A stretch of 63,448 bases of DNA, counting the filler, from Asterionella formosa (taxonomy: Eukaryota): the NCBI GenBank assembly GCA_002256025.1. It is 10 parts of 10 records of this genome, joined end to end, with 100 filler letters (N's around TTAATTAATTAA, not from the genome) between each part and the next. Parts side by side here need not be neighbours in the genome. Positions count along the whole stretch, not along the records: positions 61,093 to 62,220 come from NKIB01004151.1; positions 62,321 to 63,448 come from NKIB01004152.1; 8 more parts are not named here. The stretch is one strand, 5' to 3'. The position numbers were made by a program, and so were the translations under genes. Positions 61,963 to 63,448 of this stretch are shown here, piece after piece. Each line of letters opens with the position of its first letter. Position 1 is the first letter of the stretch. The notes below the pieces were generated by a model. That model worked only from the letters and a program-made list of their open reading frames with translations. It made no database searches and was not told where the DNA came from.

Positions 61963-62140
61963 TTGACAATAAGTAAGCATATTCATTTGACAATAAGTGA
62001 GCAGCACTTATTCTTTTGACAATAAGTGAGCATCTGATTCACTTGTCAATAAGTAACATCTCCAGTCATTTGTCAATAAGTAAACATCTCCAGTCCAGTC
62101 ATTTGTCAATAAGTAAACATCTCCAGTCATTTGTCAATAA
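61963..62140. repeat. Short array of TTG(A/T)CAATAA(GT) motifs, 7 copies, spaced about 25-31 bp
   Basis: Three TTGACAATAAGT followed by four TTGTCAATAA; the later units share ACATCTCCAGTC. Confidence 0.85.
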
Positions 62141-62220
62141 ATGACGAGATGTTTTTGGGTCTTGGTTTCTAATCACTACTAAGAATATTGATTCTCGATT
62201 CGTTGGATTCCATATATTTT

Positions 62221-62320
62221 NNNNNNNNNNNNNNNNNNNNNNNNNNNNNNNNNNNNNNNNNNNNTTAATTAATTAANNNNNNNNNNNNNNNNNNNNNNNN
62301 NNNNNNNNNNNNNNNNNNNN
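62221..62320. other. Artificial contig linker
   Basis: N44-TTAATTAATTAA-N44. Confidence 0.97.
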
Positions 62321-63448
62321 AAGAGTAAGTTCGGCTTGAACTAGTAGTTGGTCCCACAAGTGGAGAGGAAAGTGTTTGTCGACACTGCATAGACCGGCAA
62401 TGAAATGATTTTGAAAGGTGCGAATTGCACGTTCAGCGGCATTGCGATGATGGACAGCCGGCGGGACCAACTGAAAGTCAATAGCTTCGGCGTCCAAGAA
62501 GTCTTTGAGGAGTGTAGAACACTCATTGTCAAGGCGTTGAAGTTTGGGACATAGGCCAGCTTTGCACAAACGTTGATGTAATGCTTTATATGCTGCAAGG
62601 AGGCAGGAAGCGGTTCGGTTATGGAAGGGCTGAACGAAAATGTAGTTGCTGTCATAATCATATAAAATCATAATGTAGTTGTTTCCAGTGCTGGAGGGGA
62701 GTATGAATTTTCCGGTTTGATCAGTGTAAATTTGGCCTGTGGGTGCAATAATGGACGCAAAACACATATGGGTAGGGGTTGCAAGACACTCAGGGTGGAA
62801 ATCAGCATCACCCAGCACATTGGTAGTAGGAATGGATGCAAGTTCAGGCTCAATAATAGTTGGGGGCACACGTGTGGATCGTACGTTTTGACGTGTTTGA
62901 TCGAGGTGGCCTTTGATGGTTGCGATGGAATGAGGGGGATGTTTGCGTAGTGTAGCTAAGGTCAGACCTGGAAAATTGACAAGATACCCATGGAGTAATG
63001 CGCTTTCCAAAGTGGAGAGAACAGGAGAAAAGAGGGCCGCATGGGCAAAAGCAACAAGTGCTGGTGCATTGGGACTGCCAATGGCGGCAGCAGCGTAGTG
63101 GGTAGGGGTAGGCAATGGTGGATCAATTGAGGTGGTGGTGACATGCCATAATCGAGTGGTGGTGGAGCGATGGCCCTGAAGGATGCAATGACCATCGGAT
63201 AAGACAGACATGTGTAGTTTGGTGAAGAGTACCTCGTAGCCAGAATCACATAGTTGTCCAATGCTCAATAAAGAGCAATTGTGTAGACCAGGGACAATGT
63301 GTACATGACGAGCAGCAGGTAAGAGCATAGGTAAAGATAATTCGGCCTCATGTGTAGATTTAACATGGTTGCCGTTAGGAAGTTGAATGGTGATAGGGTT
63401 GGTGGTAGGTCGTTTGTTGATGACAGGTAAATCAACAGTGGCGTAATT
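62321..63448 (-). mobile_element. Ty1/Copia (CoDi-type) retrotransposon pol fragment: protease end, zinc-binding region and integrase core
   Basis: Uninterrupted frame with SLLSIGQLCDSG, FAHAALFSP...KGHLDQTRQN, GQIYTDQTGKF...GNNYIMILYDYDSN, LQRLDNE and HHRNAAERAIRTFQNHFIAGL. Confidence 0.93.

Overview
Eukaryotic nuclear DNA, almost certainly from a diatom: short GT-AG introns, a RedCAP gene, bipartite plastid-targeting peptides, a CoDi-type Copia integrase and diatom-type DDE and tyrosine-recombinase relics. The window is not one locus. It is ten contigs (18242, 18228, 1130, 1129, 1129, 1129, 18177, 1128, 1128 and 1128 bp) joined by artificial 100-nt N44-TTAATTAATTAA-N44 linkers, so synteny across a linker means nothing. 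The gene-rich part (1-23 kb) holds SPT5, a YciI-family protein, a GNAT-like protein, a possible CENP-U/Ame1-like protein, a long coiled-coil protein, a Tat-type lumenal 4-Cys protein, a URC1/Urg1-type GTP cyclohydrolase II and RedCAP. The rest is mostly decayed transposons, plus a partial SpoU methyltransferase, a Pro/Ser/Thr-rich membrane protein, tRNA-Gly(TCC) and a Copia pol fragment. The most unusual signals are a highly iterated palindrome family (TACCGGTA / TACCWGGTA) throughout non-coding DNA, and a repeat family with a structured GC-rich end that appears in head-to-tail copies carrying different exon-like cargo. All protein calls are by motif recognition; no searches were run.
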